55,284 nt of DNA from a virus (lineage: Duplodnaviria; Caudoviricetes), in IMG/VR virus record IMGVR_UViG_3300037440_000124, positions 1-55,284 of that record; one strand, written 5' to 3'. The notes beneath the pieces were generated by a model. It was not told the origin of the DNA. It ran no database searches and saw only the letters and a list, made by a program, of their open reading frames with translations. Position numbers and translations under genes: made by a program. Position 1 is the first letter of the stretch; the number at the start of each line of letters is the position of its first letter. Below are positions 16,220 to 25,639 of the stretch, piece by piece.

Positions 16220-17452
16220 TCAACGGTTTCCACCAGGCACCCCATCTGTCACTGGCTTTTTAACCGGCTCCTCGCCTGGTTTAGCCATGTTCAACGGCCT
16301 GATGTAGTCCTCGCCGCCGTCTTCCTTTGAAATTGGATTTCGGTTGGTCTGTTCGCGCCATTCGTTTGCGTTGATGACCCCAGCATCGCGCTCGATCTTC
16401 AGCGCTTCGCTGCGGGTCTTGATGTCGGCCCTTTGAACTGCATCCAGGTTGAAGCGGATGATCACGCCACCCCTGCGGTCGTCATCAGTCAACAGATCTC
16501 GCTCCATTGCGGACTCGAATCGTTTGGCAATCGGCATGATCACGTTGATAGTGAAGTCCGTGTCCTGCTGTTCCACGTTGTTGAACGTGCCACGCTCCAG
16601 ATCGCCAACAAGATGCGGTGGAACCCCAAGGGCACCTGCGATCACGGTGCGGATAAATCTGCGCGTCTCGATGAATTGCGCTTTGTCGTTCTCTATGGTG
16701 ATCGTGTCGTAGTCCATGCCTTTGGGCAGCATCCCGGCAGACAGCTTTTTCTTACCGGCAAACTCCTGCTGAAATTCGCTTAGAAACTTTTCCTTCTCTT
16801 CTTTGGTATTGAAATCCTTGAATCCTTCCATGAGCTTGAAAAGCACCATGGGCAAGGCACCATTGCCGAAAAATGCGGCTCCGAACTGCTCTGCTGCTAT
16901 CTCCAGAGCAATGGATTCCGCTATGTCCTCGACTGGAGAGTCGCCCTTGTAGAAATTCCGCGCGCCTAGCCGCACGTAGTGCATCTTGGAGAACGGGATA
17001 TCTGTGGAGTCGAAGCGAAACGTCACGCGCCACTGCTCGTCTTGCTTGACCTCAACACGACCGGCTTGGAGCGGGATCAGTTCACGAATGGGGCCAGTTG
17101 AACCGCGGCCTATGTTTGCGTGAAAACGGCCATGACGGATCAAACTGGACACCGCGTCCCCGATATACTCCTCCCTTGTTTGCCACGAGTTCGGCCTGTT
17201 CAAAAGCCTTGCTACCGGGTGACCTGGCAGTTCCTCCTTAGTCGCTCGACCGTTGCTCTCGGCCTTTTGCAGAACGTGCAACGGAGAGATCAAAAGCCGG
17301 TTCTGCACCGCCGTTACAATCGCGTGAACGGTCGGCGACCTCATGCAATTCTCGGGCGTAACCGAGATGCCGGAGGTGGTCATCGCCATCATGGCGATGT
17401 TCCGCAGCATGGTGTCCAGGCTTACGTCCTTCTTCTCCCAGGGCCACCTCAT
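16220..17452 (-). CDS. Portal protein, HK97 family
   Basis: HPVARLLNRPN, QFIETRRF..IA..GVPPHL, TFNNVEQQ, NEWR motifs. Confidence 0.95.
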   Translation of the reverse strand: MRWPWEKKDVSLDTMLRNIAMMAMTTSGISVTPENCMRSPTVHAIVTAVQNRLLISPLHVLQKAESNGRATKEELPGHPVARLLNRPNSWQTREEYIGDAVSSLIRHGRFHANIGRGSTGPIRELIPLQAGRVEVKQDEQWRVTFRFDSTDIPFSKMHYVRLGARNFYKGDSPVEDIAESIALEIAAEQFGAAFFGNGALPMVLFKLMEGFKDFNTKEEKEKFLSEFQQEFAGKKKLSAGMLPKGMDYDTITIENDKAQFIETRRFIRTVIAGALGVPPHLVGDLERGTFNNVEQQDTDFTINVIMPIAKRFESAMERDLLTDDDRRGGVIIRFNLDAVQRADIKTRSEALKIERDAGVINANEWREQTNRNPISKEDGGEDYIRPLNMAKPGEEPVKKPVTDGVPGGNR

Positions 17453-18960
17453 AGCGCGACGAACCCGCCGGACACGGCCTGTTCAGGAACCTCTATCGGA
17501 TGGTTCATGCACATCGCCAATGCAACCATCCCATCGATACGTCCAGTGCTCTTCGCCTTGTTCAGTTTGCGATTTCCAGCAGGATCCGTGTCTGCGATCG
17601 CATTCGCAGCGCACATCTTCAACACCGGGTTATCGCCGTGGCGAACCATTCCATTCATCAATTCGCTCTCCAGCGCATCTATGGCAGGCGACATGTCCTT
17701 AAACCCCTGTCCAAATGGAATCAGGGGCAGCTCCACGCCCAAGCGAGTCAATTCAGCCTTCAGGACATCGATCCGCCATCGGTCAAAGGCGATGCTCTGT
17801 ACGTCGTAGTCGTCGCACAGCTCGCACAACCGGATCGCCACCGTTTCGTAGTTGACCGACGCCCCAGGGGTAGCCGTGATATATCCCTGCTGCACCCAAA
17901 GGTCGTAAGGCACGCGGTCACGCATCGATCGGTCGACCAAACCGTCCAGCGGTACGAAAAACTCGGCCCTGACGTGATGGACGCCGTCCAGTTCAGCCTC
18001 GTACACCAATGCGGTCAGATCGTGACGGGCAGACAGGTCCAGCCCGATACGTACCGGGCCGGCCAGAAAAGCGTGTTCCGACGGCTGATCGCTGTTCATC
18101 TTCCAAATAGCCGCGGGAATCAGCGGGCTCAACTGATTCACTCTCTGGTTCAGCACCAGATTTCGATAAGCAGACTCCCGCGCCGGCATTCTGCGAGCCG
18201 CTTCCGACTGTTCCTTTACCTCCCGCTCGTTCAGGAAATCGCCGAGAGCCGGATTAGCAGCCTTCATTGCCTTGCGTGAAAACGGGTCAATCTCTTCTGG
18301 CGCAGACCACATGAACAGCTTGGTTCGTGGGTCGTGTCCTGCGGCTGCGTCATCGATCAGAATAGACAGCAGGTCGCCGTCAGTCGGCGCCTGCGTGCTG
18401 ATCACGATCGAAAGCGGGTCCTCCTGGGCACCGGCCGCGGTCTCGAGTGCATCGTAAAGGGCACTCCGCGGACCCTTGACCTGCCCGAGCTCGTCATGGA
18501 CCACGAACACCGGAGACAAGCCGTAAGCGGTAGACGCCTCCGCAGAAAGCGCCCGGTACAGGGTGCCAAGCTCCTCGCAATACAACTGCTTCGCGTTGTC
18601 CCTGACACCAACCACAGCAAACAGGTCCGGTGACATACGGACAATCTTCGCCGCCAGAGCAAACAGGATGCCAGCCTGGTCACGCGACTGCGCCGCACTG
18701 AACAACTGGCTATTTTGCTTTGCCTCCGGCCCACACAAATGCAGCAACAGCAAAAAGCCAGCTAATGTGGTTTTGGCGTTTTTCCGGCCATACGACACGA
18801 TCGCCCTTCGGGTCGGACTGTCGTATATGCCACGTATGATCTTGCGCTGCCATGGCCTCAGCCTGACCGGCTGGCCTACAAACTTTCCTTCCGGGATCCG
18901 GCAGTAAGTTTCAATCCACCGGACATTTCTGGCTCCCCGGCTTAACCCCCGCTTTGCCAC
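17449..18960 (-). CDS. terL: Terminase large subunit
   Basis: Walker A GRKNAKT, Walker B VVHDE, ISTQ, nuclease GLDLS and RIDGMVA. Confidence 0.96.
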   Translation of the reverse strand: MAKRGLSRGARNVRWIETYCRIPEGKFVGQPVRLRPWQRKIIRGIYDSPTRRAIVSYGRKNAKTTLAGFLLLLHLCGPEAKQNSQLFSAAQSRDQAGILFALAAKIVRMSPDLFAVVGVRDNAKQLYCEELGTLYRALSAEASTAYGLSPVFVVHDELGQVKGPRSALYDALETAAGAQEDPLSIVISTQAPTDGDLLSILIDDAAAGHDPRTKLFMWSAPEEIDPFSRKAMKAANPALGDFLNEREVKEQSEAARRMPARESAYRNLVLNQRVNQLSPLIPAAIWKMNSDQPSEHAFLAGPVRIGLDLSARHDLTALVYEAELDGVHHVRAEFFVPLDGLVDRSMRDRVPYDLWVQQGYITATPGASVNYETVAIRLCELCDDYDVQSIAFDRWRIDVLKAELTRLGVELPLIPFGQGFKDMSPAIDALESELMNGMVRHGDNPVLKMCAANAIADTDPAGNRKLNKAKSTGRIDGMVALAMCMNHPIEVPEQAVSGGFVAL

Positions 18961-19373
18961 GGCCTCTGCGCCGGTGTCTTTTTAGCCGCAGTGTTCGCCT
19001 TCGCTGGCTCATAACGGGCCTGTTGTGTCAATCGCATCTTCATCGCGAGCTGCGTCATGCGACCCTGACACTTATCCCGAATCGCACTCAGTTCCTTGTA
19101 CCGTCTCAGACCATCGTCCGTCTTAAGCCACTCAGGATCGAATACAGAAACCTCGTCAGCCATCAGATCCACGCTCGTTTTCAGCCGGCAATACTCAACC
19201 AGCAACGGAATCGAGCCCGCGTCCCACCATTCAGGTGGTTTTGTCGACGTAATCGAACGCCAGAGCGACGATTCCATGTCACTTAAGCCAACAGGCGGCA
19301 CCGGCCTGCGGTCCGCAATCTCGGACACCACGGCCAATGACGCGGCTGATTTCCTGCCTCGTTGTGTCTTCAT
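18942..19373 (-). CDS. terS: Terminase small subunit
   Basis: Directly upstream of terL; P..LS..E..LW..LLVEYC..LAMKMRLT.QAR pattern. Confidence 0.8.
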   Translation of the reverse strand: MKTQRGRKSAASLAVVSEIADRRPVPPVGLSDMESSLWRSITSTKPPEWWDAGSIPLLVEYCRLKTSVDLMADEVSVFDPEWLKTDDGLRRYKELSAIRDKCQGRMTQLAMKMRLTQQARYEPAKANTAAKKTPAQRPWQSGG

Positions 19374-19457
19374 TTGTCGTGAAATAGCCCTAAAAAAGGT
19401 CAGCGGCGGTTTCCGAAACGAGAGTCTGCAGCGTCGACCCCGCCCCTCCCTTGTGTT
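19374..19457. other. Putative cos / packaging initiation region
   Basis: Intergenic between the HNH gene and terS, with a G-rich GGGAGGGGCGGGGTC tract on the minus strand; inferred from HK97-like gene order. Confidence 0.4.
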
Positions 19458-19847
19458 CTATGTTGACCAGTGATGCTTAGGGTCGAGAGGCACACCATCG
19501 AGATCACACCCGCGTAGGTGGCCAGTCTTCTCCTGTGCCTGTTTGACTGCGTTGTGGCATGTGTCGCACAGGCTCTGCAGTTCGTTGTTCCAGAAGGCCA
19601 CAGGATCGCCTTTGTGTGGCTCGATATGGTCAGCTACCGTCGCCCTGGTCATGTGGCCCGTGCTGGCACACAGCCTGCAGAACGGCTCTATTTCCAACTG
19701 TGCCGCTCTTTTCTTCCCCCACCTGCGTCCGTACAGCGTCGGACTGGAGCGTGTATCGTTCGAGTACCTCTGTGATTGCATTGGTTTCATTGTCCTGGAA
19801 CAGCCGCTCGATAGTGATCCTTGCTGGCTCAAAGGCTTGCATGTCAA
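19458..19847 (-). CDS. HNH endonuclease, terminase-associated (HK97 gp74-like)
   Basis: PFCRLC..ATVADHIEPHKGD..NELQSLCDTCHN; start uncertain. Confidence 0.88.
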   Translation of the reverse strand: MTCKPLSQQGSLSSGCSRTMKPMQSQRYSNDTRSSPTLYGRRWGKKRAAQLEIEPFCRLCASTGHMTRATVADHIEPHKGDPVAFWNNELQSLCDTCHNAVKQAQEKTGHLRGCDLDGVPLDPKHHWST

Positions 19848-19925
19848 TGCGTATAGACCGGACCATGGTCACTGGTATGCCAAGGGCCGCGCATATCTCG
19901 CGTGCCAGGTCGTTACTGGCAACGG

Positions 19926-20276
19926 TCATATCATGTTGGCCTTGAACGTGTAGTACCCATGCAGCACGTTGCTCTTGTTGCCTGACAAGTCCTCTACCTG
20001 AGCCTGAAACTGGTATGTGCCCAGCAAGCCCTCGGTATCTGCATTGGTCACGGTGATGGTGAACTTACCGGTCAGGGGTGTGCTTTCAGCCGCTACTGCC
20101 GTGACGGGCGATGATTCCGTACTCAGAACATCGGTGCCACCAGGACGCCTGGCCATGACAAAGCGGAACGTCATGCCGGTGATATCGACTGCTACCGAGT
20201 CCTCGGTGACGGTGAACTCCCATTCGTGGTCGTTACCGGCAAAAAAATGGCCACTGACCGGGCCTGATAGCTCCAT
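19926..20276 (-). CDS. Hypothetical virion protein (BppU N-terminal-like Ig fold)
   Basis: F.V....VDITG..TGKFTI....DT..L.GTYQFQ pattern. Confidence 0.45.
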   Translation of the reverse strand: MELSGPVSGHFFAGNDHEWEFTVTEDSVAVDITGMTFRFVMARRPGGTDVLSTESSPVTAVAAESTPLTGKFTITVTNADTEGLLGTYQFQAQVEDLSGNKSNVLHGYYTFKANMI

Positions 20277-20572
20277 CAGCCGGGTACCTTGCCATTGAAT
20301 ACAGCCGTTCCATCTCTGGACCGCTGAGCCTGTAGCTCGTCAAGGTTGGCATCCGTGAGGTCAGCGACTACCGTAAACATCCTGCTTTCATCGCCGGCAG
20401 CACGTTTTGCCAACTTGCCTGAGTAACGCAGAAATGCTGACAGTTTCAGTGCAACAGCGTATTCCATGCGAACGCACTTGGTACCGATGGTCATGACCAC
20501 AATAGTCCCTTCAACGCGCACTCCGTACGGCGTTTTGCACAGAATCTTCTCGCCTATCTCTTTGGACTGCAT
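20276..20572 (-). CDS. Hypothetical protein
   Basis: Tightly packed ORF in the operon. Confidence 0.5.
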   Translation of the reverse strand: MQSKEIGEKILCKTPYGVRVEGTIVVMTIGTKCVRMEYAVALKLSAFLRYSGKLAKRAAGDESRMFTVVADLTDANLDELQAQRSRDGTAVFNGKVPG

Positions 20573-20576
20573 GAAT

Positions 20577-21023
20577 CTATGCGAGCGTCCAAGCTAGCGC
20601 GCCGATAGCGAACTGAGGATTTACCCCGTCGTTGATCACAAGGTCTGCGTTCAGATCGGCGTGTAATCGCAACACGTCTCCGGTAGCGATAAAGCCATGT
20701 CCGAGATGTACGACCGTGTCAGGGCCGCCAGCTGTCATTTCTCCGAACTGGATCAATGCAGCGTTGTCGGCCGTGTCGCCGCTGACGGTCCAACCGGCCG
20801 AACTTCTGGCCTGCAGCGGCCGCGCGTAGCCGGTGTAGGCCACCTCGTCCGCCGTCAGCAAAGTATCGGCGTCGATGTACGCAACAGTCGCCAAAGCAAG
20901 TTGAGTGCTACCTGGGTCAGCCGTTGCTGGCAATCCGGTGGCATCACCGATATTGGCAATGGCGGTGTTGTTAAAGAGCAATTCGAGCAATGCGGTTTCG
21001 AAGGAATCTACGGCAGACATCAA
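20577..21023 (-). CDS. Hypothetical virion structural protein
   Basis: FETALLELLFNN..EVAYTGYAR..NAALIQF..QFAIGAL pattern. Confidence 0.55.
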   Translation of the reverse strand: MMSAVDSFETALLELLFNNTAIANIGDATGLPATADPGSTQLALATVAYIDADTLLTADEVAYTGYARPLQARSSAGWTVSGDTADNAALIQFGEMTAGGPDTVVHLGHGFIATGDVLRLHADLNADLVINDGVNPQFAIGALAWTLA

Positions 21024-21031
21024 TATTTCTC

Positions 21032-22834
21032 CTAGTTTACTGTCGCGCTTTTAACCGATGAACTCAGCGTCGCGCGCCTTGACGATGCACTGAGACTTGC
21101 GTTCAGGTGCGTCTCGCTAACCGATGCAACCGTTCCGAATACTCGTATCCCATTGGCATCGACCAGAGCCGCTGACGATCCCCATGCGATACCAGCAGAT
21201 GACACGATCGAACCAATGGCACGGAGTACGCCGACTCCGGTAATTGCCAGTGATTCTTGAGCTAGCAGTACACCGATGGCATCAAGGTCCGCGACAGACC
21301 CGAATGTCGTGACTCCGGCAGCTTGCAGGTCCGCTGACAATGCGAGGTTGGCGGAACTACCCCAGGTCAGCGCGCCGAGGCCAGCGAGAACACCGATTGC
21401 GTCAAGATCGGCAGACCCTGTAATCGATAGCTGTGCAGCGGCAGTTAGTTCGTTCGATCCTGCATCGACCAGATCTGCCGTACTGGACCACGCGAGAACG
21501 CCCGCAGCAGCCAGAGAACCGGCAGCAGACAGGTCGGCATCTTCAGTGAAGCCCAGCGATGCTGACGCGGACAAAGCACCGGTAGCGTCAAGATCGGCAA
21601 CAGCGCCGAAGGCTTGCGCGCCCGTCGATGCCAGCGCACCAACCGCATCCAGATCGGCAGAAGACGAGAACGAAACCGACCCGATAGCAGCCAGTTCATT
21701 CGAGCCAGCATCAACCAGTTCAGCACTGGAGGCCCACGACAGCGCACCGATGGCCGCCAGAGATCCTGTTGCATCAAGATCGGCGCTCGATGCGAACTGG
21801 ACCGTAGCCGAAACAACCAGACTGCCCGTGGCATCCAGATCAGCCGACGAGGCAACCACCAATGCCCCGACCGACGCGAGTACACCGGCCCCATCCAGAG
21901 CCGCGCTACCTGCAAAGCTGACAGCAGCAGACGCATCGAGCGTGCCGGTAGCCGCCAGATCTGCGTTGTCCGCAAATACAACCTGTGCGGCAGCCTGTAG
22001 CGTTCCGACCGCATCGAGATCGGCAGAACCGGCAAATGAGACGGCTCCAACAGCGGCTATATCGCTACCGACAACGCCTTCGAGATCTGCCGAGGTTGTG
22101 AACGAAAGCGCATCAGACGCTGCCAATGACCCAATCGCATCAAGGTCAGCACTATCAGTGAACGCTTGAGCGCCTACCGATACCAGAGTACCGGTAGCAT
22201 TGAGATCGGCAGACGACCCGAATGTCTGTGCACCGGTGGCGTCGATATCGTTTACAACGCCACCAATGTCCCCGCCTTCCCAGCTATCAAAGCGGTTGTT
22301 CGTACCAACACTTCCCAGGCCGTATATGCCCACATCGCCGGTTGTGAGCGTGGCGTCTGTCGTGTTGATTCGCTCGAAATCGGTCCCGGTCCGATCTGAA
22401 CCGAACCTGAGCTCGGTCCCTTCCGCTTCCATGCGGATCATGTCGCCATCTACCAGTAGCGCCCAATTGGTCGCGTTCGAGGCGATCAGCGCAAATCCGG
22501 TCGGAGGGCCGGACGTGTTGTACTCCATCAACGTCCAGTTGGAATCGAACTGGCGCGATGTGCCGATATAGCAGGCGTTTCCGGCTGCCGCCATACGAAC
22601 GACTACACCCGACAGGCCCTGCGTCTGCCCTCCTGAGATGGCCTGCGAGTATTGATCGTCAGCGAACGTTTCGGTGATTCGCCGTATGGCCGCTTGAGAA
22701 CCTGCGCTGGTAGGATGCGCATCTCCTGCGGTAACGGACATCGGATTGAAGTTGCCCGGCCCCTGCTCCCAATCCCCGCCGATTGAGGTAAACGCATCGC
22801 TGGCGACCGGCGATAAGCTCTCGCCGTATGCCAT
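21032..22834 (-). CDS. Ala/Gly/Ser-rich repeat (fibre-like) protein with N-terminal beta-rich domain
   Basis: About 17 tandem ~21-aa repeats (GAxxFxxSADLDAxGxL). Confidence 0.7.
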   Translation of the reverse strand: MAYGESLSPVASDAFTSIGGDWEQGPGNFNPMSVTAGDAHPTSAGSQAAIRRITETFADDQYSQAISGGQTQGLSGVVVRMAAAGNACYIGTSRQFDSNWTLMEYNTSGPPTGFALIASNATNWALLVDGDMIRMEAEGTELRFGSDRTGTDFERINTTDATLTTGDVGIYGLGSVGTNNRFDSWEGGDIGGVVNDIDATGAQTFGSSADLNATGTLVSVGAQAFTDSADLDAIGSLAASDALSFTTSADLEGVVGSDIAAVGAVSFAGSADLDAVGTLQAAAQVVFADNADLAATGTLDASAAVSFAGSAALDGAGVLASVGALVVASSADLDATGSLVVSATVQFASSADLDATGSLAAIGALSWASSAELVDAGSNELAAIGSVSFSSSADLDAVGALASTGAQAFGAVADLDATGALSASASLGFTEDADLSAAGSLAAAGVLAWSSTADLVDAGSNELTAAAQLSITGSADLDAIGVLAGLGALTWGSSANLALSADLQAAGVTTFGSVADLDAIGVLLAQESLAITGVGVLRAIGSIVSSAGIAWGSSAALVDANGIRVFGTVASVSETHLNASLSASSRRATLSSSVKSATVN

Positions 22835-23433
22835 CAGACTTCAATCCCGCACAGCATGAAGCGTCGGTTCTGCATACCTTCGCCGAGCACTTTCAGCACA
22901 TCACGGAGCGGCGATGTAGCCGTAAGCCCGGGGTTCTCTATGCCGAACTCTCGAGCGACGTCTAGCAGCTCATCCTGCGCAGCCCTCGGCAAATTCGACC
23001 ATTGCGTGGCAAGGGTTATGCCATGTCGCGCAGCTCGCTGCCTGAATCCCTCCCCGAATTTACCCTCAAGGCGCTGCGAGATCAGAAACATACCGATCAG
23101 GCCGCGAATCACTTGCCGGCGTGTCTCTCCGATCTGAATCCAAAGGGCCGGAATGCCCCTGTTCTCCAACCAATCGCGAACCGTGTTGCGCTGCCCGCCG
23201 TTTATTGTGCTATCGATTGTTTGTGCTGTAGCGAGAGAGATGGCGTCAGCCTGACTCCGCACAAAGTCAAGATACGCCTGCGTTGCTTCGATCATCACGA
23301 CCGCATGGTCTACCCTGGATAACCTAATCGTGCCCTGGCGGATTATCTGTGGATCGATAACATACTTGGCCCGAATCGGATCTTCAGGCGTGCCCGTTCC
23401 CTCCATCGGGAGTAAAAATAGCTCGACAGCCAT
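22834..23433 (-). CDS. Hypothetical protein
   Basis: 199-aa ORF coupled to its neighbours. Confidence 0.6.
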   Translation of the reverse strand: MAVELFLLPMEGTGTPEDPIRAKYVIDPQIIRQGTIRLSRVDHAVVMIEATQAYLDFVRSQADAISLATAQTIDSTINGGQRNTVRDWLENRGIPALWIQIGETRRQVIRGLIGMFLISQRLEGKFGEGFRQRAARHGITLATQWSNLPRAAQDELLDVAREFGIENPGLTATSPLRDVLKVLGEGMQNRRFMLCGIEV

Positions 23434-23439
23434 GCGCGA

Positions 23440-24930
23440 TCACTGACAACCGGTTTGCACCGTTCCGGTCACTCCGCCCTGCCTGTTGACACAGGTCGGC
23501 GCTGAGATGGTGTTGTCCCGCACCGTGATGTTGCCCGTGTTGCGCAGTTCGATGCCAACGGCCAGAGCGGTGATGTTATTGCCCTCTATCAGATGACCCG
23601 ACGCGCCGGAAGACACTATCCCGCGCGTAGCATCCAGAATGACGTTGTCGAGAATCTTTGCGTCGAAGGCATCATCGTGGATGATGAACGCCTCTCCGGG
23701 GCTTGATGCGGTCGGGCGGAATCCTTCCATCTTCACTCCGGAAACCACCACGTCTCGCGAGTCCTTCACATCAATGCCGTTCTCGCGGTTGTGGTGCATG
23801 TAGCCGCCGCCGATGTAAACGTTACTCGCAGCACCACGACTGGCATCGCCAACCTGAACTGAATCACCGCTTACATCGTAGATCTCGGCGTCGAGAATCC
23901 AGACATTAGGACCGAATGTTTTTATTCCGTGATAGTCCTGTTCCTGTGCATCGATGCGACGATCACCAAAGCCGTGAATGCTGCCGCGCAGCCAGACGTT
24001 ATTACTGCCAAGCCCTACCGCAGCGTCATGACCTGCATCGAAATTCGCGTCACTGCCGAATACTTCCATGTCTCGGACGGTACAGAACTGACAGGACGTT
24101 GTTCCCTCACCAAAGCTCAATGCCGGGCCATCGGTGTTCGGATAATCGACAAAGCCGCCCTGCACAATGACGTAGCTACCGCTGATCGTGAGGCCACCAT
24201 TGCGACTAAGACCGGTTGCGTCCACGAAATACGGGTCCGACGCCGTTCCCTGACCCGAGATCGTTGCTGTGTTTCCAGTAACAACCAAATCAACTGGGTA
24301 ATTGGCATACACGTCATAGCCGAAATACGCGCTCGGATCGGGAATGCCGCGGTATGCAGAAGGCTCGCCGGGATCTGGATCGGGACCTGGTTCCGGATCG
24401 GGATCAGGACCGGGATCAGGACCTGGGTCCGGATCGGGACCTGGCTCGGGTTCCGGCTCGGGCTCTGGGCCGGGTTCCGGTTCGCCGCCGACCTCATAGA
24501 TCCAGAATCCGGCAGGCCCTTGGCGCTCGCTATGAGTGTCGGTCCAGCACGCCTGTGGCTGCCGGTCTGCGCACTCGAAATTGCCGCTACCGAATGGCTC
24601 GCAGCCATCGAAACATGCGGGATCTGGTTCAGGCTCGGGCTCCGGGTCAGGATCTGGAACAGCACCGGCTTCGCTACAAGCCCATTCGAAGACCTCGCCC
24701 CCGATGTCAGCAGAGCACGTACCTGCGAGTTCGGTAATGCGCGTGCCGTCTGCTCCGTCAGCTCCTTGAGGGCCGACCGAACCATTCAAACCCTGCGGAC
24801 CGGAAGGCCCCTGATCGCCCTGCGGACCAGGCGCACCCTCAATCTCGGCCAGTTCTTCTGGTGTAAACGTGATTTCGGCACCGAAACACAAGGCCGGCAA
24901 CAGCAAACCAACAAGAAACAGGTTCTTCAA
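23440..24930 (-). CDS. Signal-peptide protein with collagen-like segment, Pro/Glu/Asp linker and right-handed beta-helix (pectin-lyase-like) domain
   Basis: MKNLFLVGLLLPALCFG; ten Gly-X-Y triplets; PEPEP/PDPDP linkers; GDSVQVG..ENGIDVKDS..IEGNNI beta-helix repeats. Confidence 0.72.
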   Translation of the reverse strand: MKNLFLVGLLLPALCFGAEITFTPEELAEIEGAPGPQGDQGPSGPQGLNGSVGPQGADGADGTRITELAGTCSADIGGEVFEWACSEAGAVPDPDPEPEPEPDPACFDGCEPFGSGNFECADRQPQACWTDTHSERQGPAGFWIYEVGGEPEPGPEPEPEPEPGPDPDPGPDPGPDPDPEPGPDPDPGEPSAYRGIPDPSAYFGYDVYANYPVDLVVTGNTATISGQGTASDPYFVDATGLSRNGGLTISGSYVIVQGGFVDYPNTDGPALSFGEGTTSCQFCTVRDMEVFGSDANFDAGHDAAVGLGSNNVWLRGSIHGFGDRRIDAQEQDYHGIKTFGPNVWILDAEIYDVSGDSVQVGDASRGAASNVYIGGGYMHHNRENGIDVKDSRDVVVSGVKMEGFRPTASSPGEAFIIHDDAFDAKILDNVILDATRGIVSSGASGHLIEGNNITALAVGIELRNTGNITVRDNTISAPTCVNRQGGVTGTVQTGCQ

Positions 24931-24939
24931 AGTAATCTC

Positions 24940-25638
24940 CTAGTCACTGATCAGAGCTTCCTGAAATGCAATCGTGAACGCCATCATTCTCAGCGAGTCG
25001 GTTTCCTCTCCAGGAATGGTGGTCAGTTCGGCCGTCAATAGCGGGTTGTTCAGGATCACGTCATCACCGTCTCCGGGAGATACCCGTATCGGTGGCTTGA
25101 AATTCAAAGTGACTGCGCCTGTACCATCTGTGGTCGCATCTGCGGTCATGCGCTTCAGTTCGTTGCCGATCTGGAACCACTCACCTTCAAACAGAATCGT
25201 GGTATCCGCAGTGAATCCATCGACGGCAAGTTGTGAGCCTTTCTGGCTGGCACCATTGACAAACCCGTCGCTCTCTACGCTCGCCGGTCCGGTGTAGTCC
25301 GGGTGCGTGATGGTGAACAGGCCATGCAAGCCCGTCACTACCATGAAGTTCATGAATAGCCGCACGTTCGCCTGGGACAGAATCGGCGTGGTAAGAAGAC
25401 CTTCCCACCTATCCGAGGTACCGTTCGACAGCGAGGTGATCTGCCGACGCCGCGTAAATACGCTCTCGGTGATCGACTTGTTTTCGTTCAGGTCAATGCG
25501 GAAACTACGTATAGGCACATTCGGGAACGTCTGTGCCCCGATATCTGCCTCGCCTGTCTGCGCTACCTTCCCGGAGAAATCGCCATACGGCAGAGATGGC
25601 GTGCCCGATGGGCCGTGCCGTGTGACGCCCTCTGCCAT
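24940..25638 (-). CDS. Second Dit-like minor tail protein (paralog of 2291..2890)
   Basis: Collinear similarity, e.g. DRWEGLLTT/DRWAGFVTT and EGEWFQIGNELKR/AGEWFQVRDEFKR, both ending FQEAL. Confidence 0.7.
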   Translation of the reverse strand: MAEGVTRHGPSGTPSLPYGDFSGKVAQTGEADIGAQTFPNVPIRSFRIDLNENKSITESVFTRRRQITSLSNGTSDRWEGLLTTPILSQANVRLFMNFMVVTGLHGLFTITHPDYTGPASVESDGFVNGASQKGSQLAVDGFTADTTILFEGEWFQIGNELKRMTADATTDGTGAVTLNFKPPIRVSPGDGDDVILNNPLLTAELTTIPGEETDSLRMMAFTIAFQEALISD

Positions 25639-25639
25639 C

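Noticed and set aside
17860-17895. Unit 2 targeting the terminase segment GYITATPGAS
   Set aside because: Only about four dinucleotides match; the tail tube motif fits at least as well, so this is not supported.
24360-24660. GC-rich 6-nt-periodic repeats as a second non-coding array
   Set aside because: They encode the PEPEP/PDPDP linkers of ORF 23440..24930 in frame.
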